Shown: piece after piece, positions 1 to 13,517 of the stretch
Layout of the letters: every line of letters starts with the position of its first letter
Position numbering within the stretch: the stretch's first letter is position 1
Assembly: GCA_046563655.1 (NCBI GenBank)
Contig: CM102288.1
Location: 868,001-932,000 of the forward strand
Source: Yuukianura sp. NJ FZ-2021
Taxonomy: Eukaryota
Reading direction: 5' to 3'
Length of the DNA: 64,000 nucleotides
The notes under the pieces: model-generated
Database searches by the model: none
The model's input: the letters and a program-made list of their open reading frames with translations, nothing else
Told to the model about the DNA's origin: nothing
Position numbers and translations under genes: made by a program

Positions 1-999
1 CGGTCATTCTCTTCTGTCGTTTTAATTCCAAATCTTTTCGTTTTCTTTTTGCTAGCCACATGCGAACACATCGCTGAATGATCCGTGCAGCTTCGTCGGC
101 TGACATCCGCAACCACTTTGGGTAAGGACGACGCGGACTGAAAAATTCAAAGTTCAAAGGTCAAGGTTACTTTTAAACTGTAAAATATAAATTAATGTAA
201 TATAATTAATTAATGAAACTTAACTATTTGTTTAGCCATGGAGCTGCAAATGGAATTTGCATCAGAGGAATCATGTTGTCTTTGCGTTCTGGATGTTTTG
301 GATTGTTTGCATAAAGGTACTCCACGATGTAATCCAGAGGGTTGAACAGTCCAAAGCGACACTGGAACACGCGCTTCTTCCGACCGTAGTTGATCATGGC
401 CTGAATCGCTGCAAGTAGCACTGGAAAAATGTAGTAGTCCAAGTACACCCGGGTAATACCTGGAATACACATTAATTTATATATTATTTGAAAACACAAA
501 TTAATATGTGAATTTTGTTTTACAGGAATCCATCGGTGGAGGCTCTTCATCTGGATCGAACGAAGGCAATGGAAACACTTTGTCTTTTCGGTAATTGTAC
601 GGTGGAAGACCCAATTTGCTCAAAATGATGTCCAACTCCATGAACTCTCCTTCGATCTCTAAAACAAGGTCAACATTTTGAAAAACTTTTGGAAATTCAA
701 ATGAAACTTTGGTTTGGAGATTTTTTTTCTTTTGATTTTAGAACCGTACCAGTGCAAACAGTTTCCCAGAAACTTTGTTTTCGTATTTGACTTGCAGCGA
801 GTAATTGGTTGAGACGTGCCTGAATAGTTAGACTCGATTTGAACTCAGAAGTGAGAGGAACTGAGACGAAGCTGATTTTTTCCAGGACTTTCATTTCATC
901 TTCTCCATCTTGGTCACTTTGAGCTGTGGGAGGCGGTGGGATCGGTGGATTCTTCTTCGTCTTCTTCTTACTCCGATCATTCTTCGAATCTGTTGACAT
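1..999 (-). CDS. IQCK: IQ domain-containing protein K-like (3' end runs off the window)
   Basis: ATG at 999 (MSTDSKNDRS...). Spliced exons give YLDYYIFPVLLAAIQAM...FNPLDYIVEYLYANNPKHP, then PRRPYPKWLRMSADEAARIIQRCVRMWLAKR (IQ motif, ~1-137). This matches the IQCK family layout. Confidence 0.7.
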
Positions 1000-1988
1000 T
1001 TTGGCCAATTAACTTCTCAACGTAAGTTGACCTTTGAACTTTGATTCTCTTTTCAGTTTCTAGGCAAAACCGGCGTGACGGATGGAGCTCCGACAAGTGA
1101 TCTCGATCTTGAAGAATTTTTACAAGTTGAGGAGACCGGAAGATGTTTTTGACAACTAAAGTTACTAAAAACTTGTTTGTAGTAACATTCGATTCAAAAA
1201 TCACTGTTGCCATTGGTTTCCTGTTTTAACCAATGGAGAACACTGAATTTTGTATTTTTGAAATTCGATAATGAGTGCATTTTCATTGATTTTTGGTATT
1301 TTTTTAATTATTTAATTCCGTTTCGTAATATTTTTAATTTAACTAATTTCAAAATCATTCAAAAAGTTTTTCTTTTCAAGCTACCAACTTTCTCGCATGA
1401 AACGGCAGATAATTTAAAGGCGCCAAAGTGAAAGTGTGGGAAAGCGAACTTTCTCTTCAAAACAGAAAAATGCGCATCAAATCCTTTTAAAGTCACGTCA
1501 CACAAAGTTTACAACTGTAAATATGCATTTGAATCTTTTTTTGCCCTCGAGGGGTGTATATTTTCTTACAAAGTGTATTTATAGATGCTAATCTGGGTCC
1601 ACCAGATGCATCTTCCTTCAAAAAGTCTCTTGTGTAGGTATTGTGGGGTAGTTTTTCATGTAACTAAAAAGAAGCATAGCTTACAAGAATATTTATAAAG
1701 TGATCTTCTTTTATAAGCTTCAACCACTTGAACTTTTGAGTGTCAAGTGACAAATAGAAGCTCTTACCAAGAATTTAAAATTGCAACAGTTTTGCAAAGA
1801 CTCAAGTTTATGTTATTAGTCAGTGTGAAATCACTTTGTGGTTTATCATCAGTCTGAAACTACTAAGAAGTCTGACTATAAAGTTAGTGAGTCATGGATT
1901 AGAGTAATATAAAGTGTGGACAAACTTAATTGTAAAATTAATTGCTAATTGAAGTGTTAATTACTTTAACTTTTCTTTACAGTTAACC

Positions 1989-3967
1989 ATGACCATGACC
2001 AAGGAGCGGAGTCATGTAACCCTGGTAGTCGCTACTATCGTTCTTGCAGTTTTTCTTGGAGCGAGGAACAGCGAAGGTAAGAAATTTCTAAAAAATTTCA
2101 AAATTTCCTAAAATTGTGTTTTGATTTTTTGAATTTGATTGTTAATTTGTTGTAGGATTCAATCGACTGGAGAGCAAGATGACCTGGGCCTACGAAGAAG
2201 TGCGTCCAGGAGCCAACTTATTTTGGTGGCTGTATTATACGCAAGGAAAAGAAAATTACTTGAAGGTTCCACTCGTACTGTGGCTCCAGGGCGGTCCAGG
2301 AGCATCTTCTACTGGATACGGAAATTTCATGGAAATTGGACCTCAAGATGTCAATCAAAAGAACAGAACTTACACTTGGGTCAACTACACAAACATCCTA
2401 TTCGTGGACTCTCCAGTTGGAGCTGGATTTAGTTATGTCAATGACACTAAACTTCTAACTACAAACAACACACAAATTGTGAATGACCTCATGGCACTTC
2501 TTGCTGGATTCTTCAAAAAAGTTCCAGAATTTCAAGCAATTCCACTCTACATATTCTCAGAGTCCTACGGAGGCAAGATGGCCGCTCAATTTGCTCTTAG
2601 AATCACAAAAGTACGGTTTTCAAAACCAATTTTCAAAATTTCCAACATTTTTGAAAAACTGTACCCAATTTTACTGTTGTTTGTACTTTTAGGCAATTCA
2701 AAAGCAAAAAATCAAGTGCAACTTCAAAGGAGTGAGGTAAGGTACACTTTTTACAGATTTACTTCCGAAAAATTTGGCAAATTGCTAAACTTTTTTTGGT
2801 TCCATGTAATAAGGTCAAAAACAATTTGGTCAAAAAAGTAAAAAGGTCGAAAAGCGGGAGGATCAAACTAACAAAATATAGCCTAACCTCCTATTTGTAA
2901 CGGTTTTCATTTGGCTTGTTGACCTTTTCATTTTTGATCAAATTAATTTTGGCCATTTCACCTCCTAAACTTTTTTTGTGTGTGATGACAGCATGGGCGA
3001 TTCCTGGATAAGTCCAGTGGATTCCGTTATGACTTGGGCACCATTCCTATTTTCAACTGTGAGTCTGACGATGAGTTTCCATAACATCTAGAAATACTGC
3101 GGAGATATTTTATCTGTTCTACAAAATTTTTTTAGTCTCTGGTTGACAACGCTGGATTTTCGGCCATCAATGCCTCAGCCTACGCCGTCAAAGCTGCCGT
3201 GGACGAACAAGATTTTAGAAAAGCAACTGATTTGTGGAGTCAAACGCAGACTGTCGTGGACAAAGCTACAAATGGCGTTAGTTTTTACAACATAATGCAA
3301 ACCCCTACGACTCCAGAAGACTCTGCTCGCTATACCAATACTGGACGACACCCTCTCTCTGTCTACCATACTGACAAACTCTCTGCCTTGATGAACGGAG
3401 AAATCAAGGAAATGCTGAGAATTGTTCCAGTCAATGTTACTTGGGGAGGTCAAAGCAAACTGGTTTTTGACGCCTTGAAAGCAGACTTTATGCGTCCAAT
3501 TACACAAGCAGTGGAAGCACTCCTCAATACAACTGCAATTTCAGTTAACGTCTACAGTGGACAACTTGATCTAATTGTAGATACAATTGGTAAGCCCACT
3601 TTTTAAAAAAGTTGACCTTGACCTTTGACCTTCTAAGATTTAAATCCATGATTTCAGGAACTACACGCTGGGTTGAGCGCATGCGGTGGCTAGGAATTCC
3701 GGGCTGGAAAAATTCAAAAAGAACGCCCATCATTTTAAACAATTCAACAGAAGCTTTTGTCAAATCATTTAAAAACTTTAACTTCTACTGGATTCTGAAA
3801 GCAGGCCACATGGTAAGCCAAACACAAAGGTTAAAAATCAGTGAAAATTTAAAAAATTCCAATTTGTATACATTTTTTAAAAATTTTACAAGGTTCCGGC
3901 CGATTCTCCAGCGACGGGCGTTGAAATGCTAAGGCTTATGACCGGCCTCAAGCGTCTTGGAGAATAA
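1989..3967 (+). CDS. SCPEP1: Retinoid-inducible serine carboxypeptidase (peptidase S10)
   Basis: Signal-peptide exon from ATG 1989. Motifs: WLQGGPGASS, FVDSPVGAGFSY, catalytic SESYGG, SMGDSWISP, QLDLIV (Asp), AGHMVP (His). GT-AG introns; stop TAA 3965-3967. Confidence 0.93.
2798..2965. mobile_element. Intronic non-autonomous inverted-repeat element, copy 1
   Basis: Imperfect ~50-bp inverted arms (GGTCAAAAACAATTTGGTCAAAA... / ...TTTTGATCAAATTAATTTTGGCC) around a central CCTAACCT. Flanked by the direct repeat TAAACTTTTTTT. Homologous to 23290-23454. Confidence 0.7.
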
Positions 3968-4508
3968 AGTAAGCCTTAAAGATGCTAAATCTGAGCTAAT
4001 TTTGGACTTCAAATCCTAACTTGTTGTGTTAAGTTGTACATTGTACAATTCCTACAACTGTAACTGGGGACCTCAGTTTACAAAATTAATCCTGCAATTA
4101 AGTTAATCACAATTTATTTTTAGACTACTTAACTCGCCACAACACGCAAAGTTGGAGTTTAAAATCCAAAAGTGGACTGAATCCTAAACCGTGATACTCG
4201 TCACGATAAATCGCTTGCCAAAACACGTTTAGCAACGCAGCTTCATAATTTATTTAAGAATAAGCGTTACTGTTTTTGTCAATTAAAGAATTACGTTATG
4301 TTAATCCTTGACCGTGAGCATCTGTAAACCATAGTTTTTTATTATATTCTTTAAAAACGATGAAAATCTACTAAGAGGGTCCAATCTGATTCCTAATTAG
4401 CTGAAAGTTAAGTTACAAGGTCAGATAACGTTAATTTAGTTTTAAAGAGGAGGAGGAGGAGTCAAGCATTTTAGAAATAGAAAAGTCTTAAGTCGAAAGT
4501 TGACCTGA

Positions 4509-6498
4509 TCACACTCTGTCCCGGATTCCAACGGCAGCTTTACGTTGTGGGCTAATTCCAAGTGACTGGAGAGCCATTGGTGGCCGCAGAAACGGTGGAG
4601 CACCGCCTGGAACAATCGCAGCGTCCAGAGGAGGCGGAGCTACTGGATTCAGCATCGGTGGAGCTGAGAATGTTGACTGAGAGGCGGTCGCTTGAGTGGG
4701 TTGAGGAGAACGATACTTGGGCTGCCGAGCACGTCTTTCCTCCTGAAAATTTACAACAAATGTTCATATTTTTTCTAAAAATGTTTCAAAAATTCAGTGA
4801 AAATTGAAAGTGTTACCAGTGAAATGTCTTCAGCAGGGTGAATTAACTTTGAACCTGCTCCAGGGGCGGGGATTAGGGAAACTCTACTGTTGTCTTCAAT
4901 TTTCCCCAAAGATTGACCTTGATCTTGAGTTCCACTGTATGCGGGAAAGGCGGGTCTTGGAGGGACAACTGAAGCTGATGTGGCGGGTACAGCTAGTGAA
5001 CCACTACTGCTTCCCTGTTCAATGCAAAAAACGCAAGTTGAGAACAATTTCGAACTTTTTGAAAAATTTCGAAAAATTCTGAACTTTTTGATAAAAAAAA
5101 ACTTTTTGAAATGAGCCAATGAGCGTCAGCGTTACCAAAGGATTTGTAATGGCCATGGATGCTGCTTGGGCCACAGCGTTGCTTGCCGCAGAAGACGGCG
5201 GGAGTGGAAAGACAGGCTGCTGTTGTTGTTGCTGTTGAAGTTGTTGAGGGGGCTGCTGTGGCGGTGGCTGGAAGTTCATTCCGCCCTGCAAGTATGGATT
5301 TCCCATCATCATCCCTCCGTTCATCCCCATCATCATCATGTTCATATTCATTCCCATGGGATTCATCATGTTCATGTAAGGAAACATCGGATTTCCTGGC
5401 ATCGGCATCATGTTCGGTCGGATCGGCATTTGCATCATATTCCCCGGTTGAGGAAGATGCTGAGGTGGCATGCCTGGACGTATCTGTTGTGCTCCCATCA
5501 TTTGCATCTGCTGGAACATTGGATTTGGCAATCCCAAGTTTGGTGGTGGAATACTACTGGAACTTGTGGATGCTGCTGGAGGTGCTGGGGCAGTATCCGG
5601 CTTTAATTTCTTTGCGTTTGGCTGAGCCTCGTCGTCTGAAGAATCCGCACCTCCGCCAATGCCTCCGCGACCTGTTGGTTTCTTGCCTGATCGAATTTCT
5701 TCTTCGTGAAGCTTAAGGTCTTCAACAGGAATGCCCTCCATTCCATAAATTTCAATTTCGATATTGTTTCGATGGGGAAGGCAGTTTGGGATTTTGTCCA
5801 CAGCATCCTTGTGAACCTAAGTCGAAGAAAAATCGTTTAAGTTCACAAATAAAACTAGAAACGTAAAAAATGTTTGGGATATTTTGGAAGCTAACCTGCA
5901 TGCAATGGATGATGAGACCAGGACCTGTGTACAGCTTCTTGTGACATATATTACATCTGAAAAGGTGGAAACATTACAGGTTTACAGTTGCATTTGACTC
6001 TATTTGTTGAACTTACTTAAAATGTTTGGCCTTCTGATGTTGGATAAGAATCTTTTCATCGTCGAATTCCCTCTGGCAGTACCTAGTTTGCAGAAAAACA
6101 GACAGTCATTAATACAAGAAACACTACAAAAGATTAAAATATTAGCAGCTTCATTCGCCAAGAAATTGCCACTCCACGATCATGAGATATATGAGCTAAA
6201 GTTGTTAAAAACGAGAACAAAGCCTTAAAATTATCATTTCATAATGCTTCTTATATGTTTATAGTTTATATTTTTCGAGTCCTACATCCACTAATGGAGC
6301 ATTGAGTTGTAAAAAAAGACAATTAGTGATGCTTAGCTTTAAACAAAAGGAGCGGCGGCCAGTCTATGCCAGTTGGGTTGTTTGCCCTTCTTATGCACCT
6401 ACGGTACACAAATCAAAATACCTTGAACTCAACATTGAAGTATTCTGTCCAACTTACCAGCACCATGGCTTTAAAGGCTTCTTCTTCTTTCGACCCAT
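4509..6498 (-). CDS. ZNF207: BUB3-interacting GLEBS motif zinc-finger protein BuGZ
   Basis: N-terminus MGRKKKKPLKPWCWYCQREFDDEKILIQHQKAKHF, C2H2 CHICHKKLYTGPGLIIHCMQVH, IEIEIYGMEGIP, an M/P/Q-rich middle, and the GLEBS motif IHPAEDISL|EERRARQPKY. Stop TGA at 4509-4511. Confidence 0.96.
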
Positions 6499-7351
6499 AT
6501 CGTTTTCGTTATAAAACGCTAAAGACGAAGAACAGCTGACAGACAGTGATTTACTACCTTCCTCTTCCTGAAGATAACTCAAACTCCGTGTCTAGGAAGA
6601 ATCTTAACGAGATTATGTCTTTCTGAGTTATCTCCTTCAGTTAGTTGATCCCACCAGTCGTCAATTGATAATTGATAATTAGCGATTGATTAGTGAAAAC
6701 AATCGATCATCAATCTGTCTCAAGAAACGAAACCGTAAACAATGACCAAATGACGCGTAATGCAAAGGAGGGAGTTGAAAAACCTAGAAAAAAAATTCTG
6801 AAATTGAATTGATTTTGAAATGCAACGTTTGAAATTTACGCGCGAAAAATGAGAAAAGTGAGACTTTCTCTGTTGCTTGACGCGGGAAAATCATAAACTT
6901 CTCATTTGAAAATTTTGACGTTTCAGTCAGCTGTTTACGTTCAAAAATTCGATAAGGTTTCGCTTATCGTTTGTCGTTGGTCGGTTATCGTATCGTAGCT
7001 GATTTATAGGCAGTAGTACCGCAGCACCAGCATACGCTTACGGTGGTCGTAATTTGTGATCGCGTAAATAATTGCGTTGTTCCTTTTGTAAATGTAAGTT
7101 CTTAAAATTATCCGTATTGTAAATTTATATGGGACATGGGAGCAATGGCGAATTCAATTTTTCCATTGTGTTTTTGACAGAAGACGAAGGTTTTAATCTT
7201 GGCAGTCCGTCTCACGCTACAGAAAAAGATACTACGACGCAGCTTGGTGCTGGAATACTAACCATCGATTGAAGATGTAGAAACAGACGTTTGATTTGGC
7301 TGAATTTCGTTGTTAACGAAGGAATCGGAATTTTGAAAGAACAAAGGAATC

Positions 7352-10138
7352 ATGGTGTCCTACCACGTGGTCACGCTTGCAAACAGTATTGTGGGAGTCA
7401 GCGTACTAGCTATGCCGTTTTGTTTCAAGTACTGCGGAGTTTTTCTGGCCACATTGATGCTCATTTTAAGTGCAATGATGACCCGGGTTGTGTGCTACTT
7501 TTTACTCAAAGCTGGTGTGATGACAAAGCGAAGATCCTACGAAATGCTGGGTAAGAAGCTTATCAATATTTGGTGCATATCAATAGCAAATCCTAGCATA
7601 AAATGTTGTTTTTTTTTTCCAGCATATCACACCTTTGGTCACGGTGGAAAGTTTATGGTGGAGGTTACAATTATTGGATTTTTAGTGGGAACTCTCATCG
7701 CGTTCCTTGTCGTAATCGGTGACTTGGGCCCGCAAATTGTTGCCGAAATATTTAGCATTGAAAACAACCATTCACTACGCACGGTTGTGATGACTGGTAA
7801 ATTTTGACTTTTCATCTTATACTGGCTTCACGTCGGAGTTTTAACAATACCTTCATTTTTTTTTAGCGTTGGCCCTTTTTGTTGCGTTACCACTTGGACT
7901 GCTTCGTGATATTGATAGCCTTGGAAGTGTCTCTACGATTTCCTTCTTATTTTACTTTTTTCTTGTTCTAAAGGTAACTTTTGTTATTACAAAAAAAATT
8001 CTTACCAATTTCGAAAATGGTAAACTAATCCTATATTGACGTTTCAGATTCTAAATGAAGGCCTCGGAGCTCTGGAGCCGGATCGAGTAGACGCTCTGAC
8101 CTACTGGAGACCTGCAGGCGTTCTGCAATGCATTCCTATAATTGCAATGGCGCTTTCTTGCCAGACGTAAGTGTAACTTTTACATCTTCTCTGCATTTTG
8201 TTTGACTGTGACTGAATTTGTTTCTCTTTTTAGTCAAGTTTTCTCTATCTACGATTCATTACCGGAACCCTCAGTCCAGAAGATGAACGAAGTAGTCAAG
8301 AAAGCAGTATATCTCTGTACTGTGTTTTATTTTTGTGTTGGATTCTTCGGCTACCTGGGATTCGCCACAGAAGGAATTAGCGGAAATATTTTGATGAGCT
8401 TTGGACCAACATGGACTACACAACTAATCAAAGTGTGCTTCGTGCTCTCCATTGCCTTCAGTGTTCCGCTGTGCGTTTTTCCATGCAGAGCAAGTCTGTA
8501 CTCCTTATTTTTTCGAGGGGTAAGGATAGGGAATCATTACGCAAACGTTTCAATTTCGTTTATGTGACATTCACATTTTATTTTTACAATTTTTAGACGC
8601 ACAGTCATCATAGTCTTCACGATATTTCGACAAATTATATCCCCGACGGAAAACTTCGATTGTTGACGGTGCTAGTCGTTGGAAGTACTCTGATCATCGC
8701 TTTGTTAATTCCTAACATCGAGTTGGTGCTGGGCCTCGTTGGATCCACTGCTGGCAGTGTCATTTGCCTCATATTTCCTTCAGCTATGTTTATTCGAGTC
8801 ACTCCAAAGAAAACGACTGAGAGATTACTGGCTCAAGTACTTTTGGCCGCCGGGATTTGCATTATGGTCCTGACAACGTACGTTACACTTTATGCCGTTG
8901 AGCAGTCTCAGGTCAAACCGCCGTTGCAAGAAACAAAGATGGCAGAGTCAAAATTAAAAATCGTGGAGGAAGCCATTCTGGGACCGGAGAAAATTCCGGA
9001 GCATGGTAAAAGCAATCGATTTTTTTGTCACCTCATGTAAAAAAATGTACTTTTTTTTTCTGTAGAACCTCCTGTACTTCTTCCAAAAGACGAAGATATT
9101 GTGCACTTTGAACCAAAGAAAGATCCGTTACTAGTCAAAGAACCACCACGACAACTAGAAGAAGTCAAAGCTGAGAAGCCAGGCGATACAAACTTACCGG
9201 CGAAACCGAATATTGCTCCACCATCAGTGCTGCAAAAACTTCCGCCTGAAATACCAAAAGATGAACTGAAGGAAGAAGAGCCCATTGCTTCCAAACGTGA
9301 ATCTCAAAAGCATTTGGCACTAGATCCAGTTTTGAAAGTCGCTGAACCAGCACCTTTGTTACAGCAAAAACCGCAAGATGAAGGTCCACCGCCTCTGAAG
9401 CCAGAAGAAGATCAGAAAGACAGGCAAAATGCTCCAGTCGAAGTCGTTCATAGCGATGCTCATGACGGTAAACTTGATGATCATGCGTCGGATAAGACAA
9501 AAGAATTCCTTGACAAGCTTGGGCAGCATCAGAAGGAACAGGAACGAATACTGGCAGAACAGCATAAGATCTTAGATGAAATGGCTAAGCAGCATCAAGA
9601 TGAACATGGTCACGGAGTAGAGAAAAAGGAAGATACAGATGGAAAAATTATCGATAAGCTCAAGAAAGCAACGGAGGCTCAGAAGAAGAACGTACAAGCG
9701 ATGGGCAGTTTAGTAGAAAATTTAAATTCAGCCAAGAATCCAGCCGCAGACGACGTTCCAGTTCCTAAATCCGCAGACACACAACCGAAAGTCATAGAAA
9801 ATCAGAATCCAGAAGCAGAAGCTGTGAAGCCGAATGTCGTTGAAGATTCGAAACAAAACGTTCCAGAATCGGAACCAAGGCATCCAGTAGCAGAAGCTAA
9901 GCATGTCGAAATTGAAAAGCCTATCGCTGAGGCAGAAAAGAAAGTCCAGCCTGTTGTGGAAACCGAACACGGTCCAGTAGCAGTAGTAGAAAGTGCACCT
10001 CAACGTCTTGCTCCAGCTCCTGTTGTCCAGTCCCAGATTCCAGACAGCAAGCATCCAGTTCCTGACCCAGAGGTCAAAGGTCATTTGGCTGACGAGAAGA
10101 CTCAGGAACAACCTAAACCAAATAACGAAATGAGATAA
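7352..10138 (+). CDS. SLC38A10: Putative sodium-coupled neutral amino acid transporter 10
   Basis: N-terminal TLANSIVGVSVLAMPFCFKYCG, a multi-TM Aa_trans domain over spliced exons, and a long charged C-terminal tail with a coiled segment (QHQKEQERILAEQHKIL). Confidence 0.92.
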
Positions 10139-10702
10139 GGTAAGATTAGTTTAATGATTAACGCAAAGCTCTTATTTATTAATCTCAAATAAACGTGGCT
10201 AATCGTTTTTAACTCCGCGAATTGATTCTTCTTGCCAAAGAGGACACCAATTTTTGCAAATTACAGAAATGCGCGTCTAAGTAAAGCCTCGTTCTCACGC
10301 ATGCATCCTTGCGAATTAACATTACATCTGCGTCTGCACCTCTCATGTGTAAGAATTGCGTATGACTTTATCTGAGATTCTCGAGCCGACCGAAGTGCTA
10401 GGATCAGCTGACCATTCGTTCTCGTGGACAAGTATTAACATTAATCAAGGTAATTTTAACCGAGATAATCGAAAAGAAGACTGCAGAGTTGGAAATAAAC
10501 AGGTAATGTCTTCTAAAACATTGGCTGCAATTAAGTTACATGTTAAAATACTGGAAATTTTAAAGTATGTGCTGGTTACTGATACTGGGCAACTGCCGTC
10601 CGTCACTGAGCATCTCCTGACGGAGGTTCCTGTCATATTACCGTAGTAGTTATTTTGTTAATCGTTAAGTAATCGTTTCTTTCTCATTTTCAGGAAGTAA
10701 TA

Positions 10703-12876
10703 ATGTCTGGCCTTGTATCGACTGGTGGAATTGATTCCGGGGTGGAAACTGAAAACGATTGCAGCAACGACGTAGTTGAACGTGAACTACATCAATCAAA
10801 AACACCGGAGGCCTATGACTTTATGTTCCGCAAGGACTCATTGGATACGCCACCTCCACCGGCTCCACCAACGTCGCCCGAAATTTCAGCTCCAGCAGAT
10901 TTCTTACATGCGACATCTTCTGCCTTTGGAATGGACGGTGGTGGGTCAGATCATCATCATCTCAGTCCCAGATTTCCACATCAACCTACACGTCACGAAA
11001 TTATCATCAACATTGATTGTGGAGACGACGAAGACGTGAATGATGGGAAGATGAGCATGGACGACACGGACTTCAATGACTTTTGTACACCAAGTCCTTA
11101 TCCACTTCATCCCGAAACTGCTGATGAAGATGAAAGTAATGGAAATCCAGTTTTCTTTCGGCCTCACTCGTCCCCAACAGTGACTTCTGGTAAACATAAA
11201 CAAATCAACCGTAGCTGATTCATTGATTTAATTTCTGTACAAGGAAATTGTTATTCTTCACAGGTTCGTCCAAATCCGACGTAGTTAATATTGAAAATGG
11301 AGCTTATGGAGCTACTCCTATGACTTCTGCGGCAGCACGCAACAACTGTCGATCTCTTGTTAAAGTATGACCATTCCTTTTTATTGATGACTTTACGTTT
11401 CATTTCAACTTCTTTTTTTTTTTGTTATAGTTTGAGTCTTTTTCGAATTTACCTAAACTTGGAAACTCAATTGAACCTCCTGCTGGTCTCAACTCTTTCA
11501 TTTCGTTACGAGAATTGGCGGAAGCAAAGAGTCGATCTTCCGGTGGGTATACGTTATACGGAACGTCAAGCATGTCTGATTTAGGTAATTCACAAATCAC
11601 AATGCAATTCAAAATGAAATAAATCTTATTATTCAACTTCTTGTTCTCAGATTCTAGACCAATGGCCTTGGTCCCCTATGAACAACGCAACGTACGTTCA
11701 AAACAGCGCGCATTCTACACCGGAAGCAGTTTACGTAACAAAAACGTTTCTGGAACTCGGCATAAGAAGGGCAATTACGCCACCTTGATAAAGGAACACA
11801 GTAAGTGTCAATGTCTTTTACGTTTTTTAATTTATCTAATGTTACAAGTTAATTGTGGGTCGTCTAAACTTTTTTTAGACGAACGGCGGTTGAGGGATGC
11901 CACTATTCTAGGAAACGTGACAATGTTACGAAAACTGCTGGACCAGGGCATTGACCCCAACTGTGACGACGGAATTGGCAGAACACCTTTACGTAAGTCG
12001 TATCGAATGAATTTGAATTTCGCGTGACCTGACTCTGTGCTTTTTTTAGATTTGGCTGCCTGTAAAGGCAACAGTGAAATTGTCAAGTAAGTTCTTCACA
12101 GCTGCAACATTATTACCTGCAGATTGAATTCTCATGAATCATTTTTTTTTGCAATTCGTTCTGTCAGGTTGCTGTTGCAAGCTGGAGCCAATCCTAACCT
12201 CAAGGACATGCTTGGAAACACGCCATTGCATTTAGTAAGTCTAAAAATCACATGATCAAGGACTCTATCTACTAAAAACTAGTATTGTGATTTCCAATGT
12301 TTCATACAGGCCGCCTGCACGAGTCATTTTGAAGTCGTGACATGCCTTCTTCGAGGTGGAACTGACGTTAGCACTTTGGACAACTATGGACGTAACCCTC
12401 TGAACTTGGCTCAATCGAAGTTGAAAATACTAGCACAGTCTAAATCCGAATCAAGTGACACCCTCAAAGTGAAATTAGAAATTCAACAAATAATTGAAAT
12501 GATGTTGGAGTATCTTCAGAAGAAAGGACAGGACGAAGAGGCAGAACTACTGACAGCACTCGCCAGTCGTCTCACGTTGAGTACACCGGAACAAGTGAAC
12601 GAAGATGTGACAAGTCTCCTGGCAAATCTTTCTAGTCTTTCCATTGGAAATCAAAGACAACAACGCTCTCCGTCCGAAAATGTCAAAGAAGGACAGTCTT
12701 CATCGTCCACATCTCCTTTCAATTTTTCCAAGAAATTACCACCAGTACCCTCAACAGAACTGGCTTCACTGCAAAGTCAACTGCTGTCACCCAGTAGATT
12801 ATCCACTACTTTGTCACCTAATTCTGAAAACAGTCCGGGACCATCAACGTCTCGCAATCCATGGCGGAGTCATTGA
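10703..12876 (+). CDS. ANKRD54: Ankyrin repeat domain-containing protein 54 with long N-terminal extension
   Basis: ERRLRDAT...[46 protein letters not shown]...GRNPLNLAQSKLKIL, then the C-terminal EQVNEDVTSLLANLSSLSI helix. The N-terminal DSGVET motif is present. Confidence 0.87.
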
Positions 12877-13517
12877 CTATTACTGTAAGATGTCCGTATT
12901 CTGCAAAAACTACTTAGCATTTCGTCCAAAACGAAACGGTGAAGTGTTTATCTAAAAAATGTTTAATCAAGCAACCTTACTCTCTTGGTTTTCAAAGTAG
13001 GTCGATGATAATGATACAACACTGAAGTGATTCTGTGGTAAATTTTCAAATGTGGAACACCTTGCCTTAAATAAGAGTGTGACACGATCAATTAATTGTG
13101 TCAATTGCTCGTAATTTGAAATTTTTCTAACTGAAACTACGAGCCTTTTTGTATATTTTGATACAATTTTTAAGTCAGTCTGGTAAAAATGGAACATGAA
13201 ATAATTTTAATGGCAATTTAAGGTAAGGGGTTCTGAAGAATCGTTTTTTTGAACTGTACTATGATGATCTATGATCTTAGCAAGCAATTTTAAGTTTCAA
13301 ATTTTTAAGGATTTTAAATTAACACTAAAATTTTAATAAGGTTTTATAAGCCTCCGGGCAATCCATTTCAGATTCTTACGGCTTTTAGCAGAATTTATTG
13401 GCTGTTCTTATTATATGCAACAAATAAATCAAATATTAATTTCAAATTTTTAATTTGAATTTAATGAAATGTTTCAAGCGATAATGATTTTGTTTAATTT
13501 TTGCAGTTTTGTTGGCC

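Noticed and set aside
5159..5716. Plus-strand ORFs of 185 and 146 aa
   Set aside because: Antisense shadows of the low-complexity ZNF207 exon.
6085..6457. Possible snoRNA or poison exon in the longer ZNF207 intron 1
   Set aside because: I could not identify convincing C/D or H/ACA boxes with a terminal stem, or a donor/acceptor pair; an Infernal/Rfam search would be needed.
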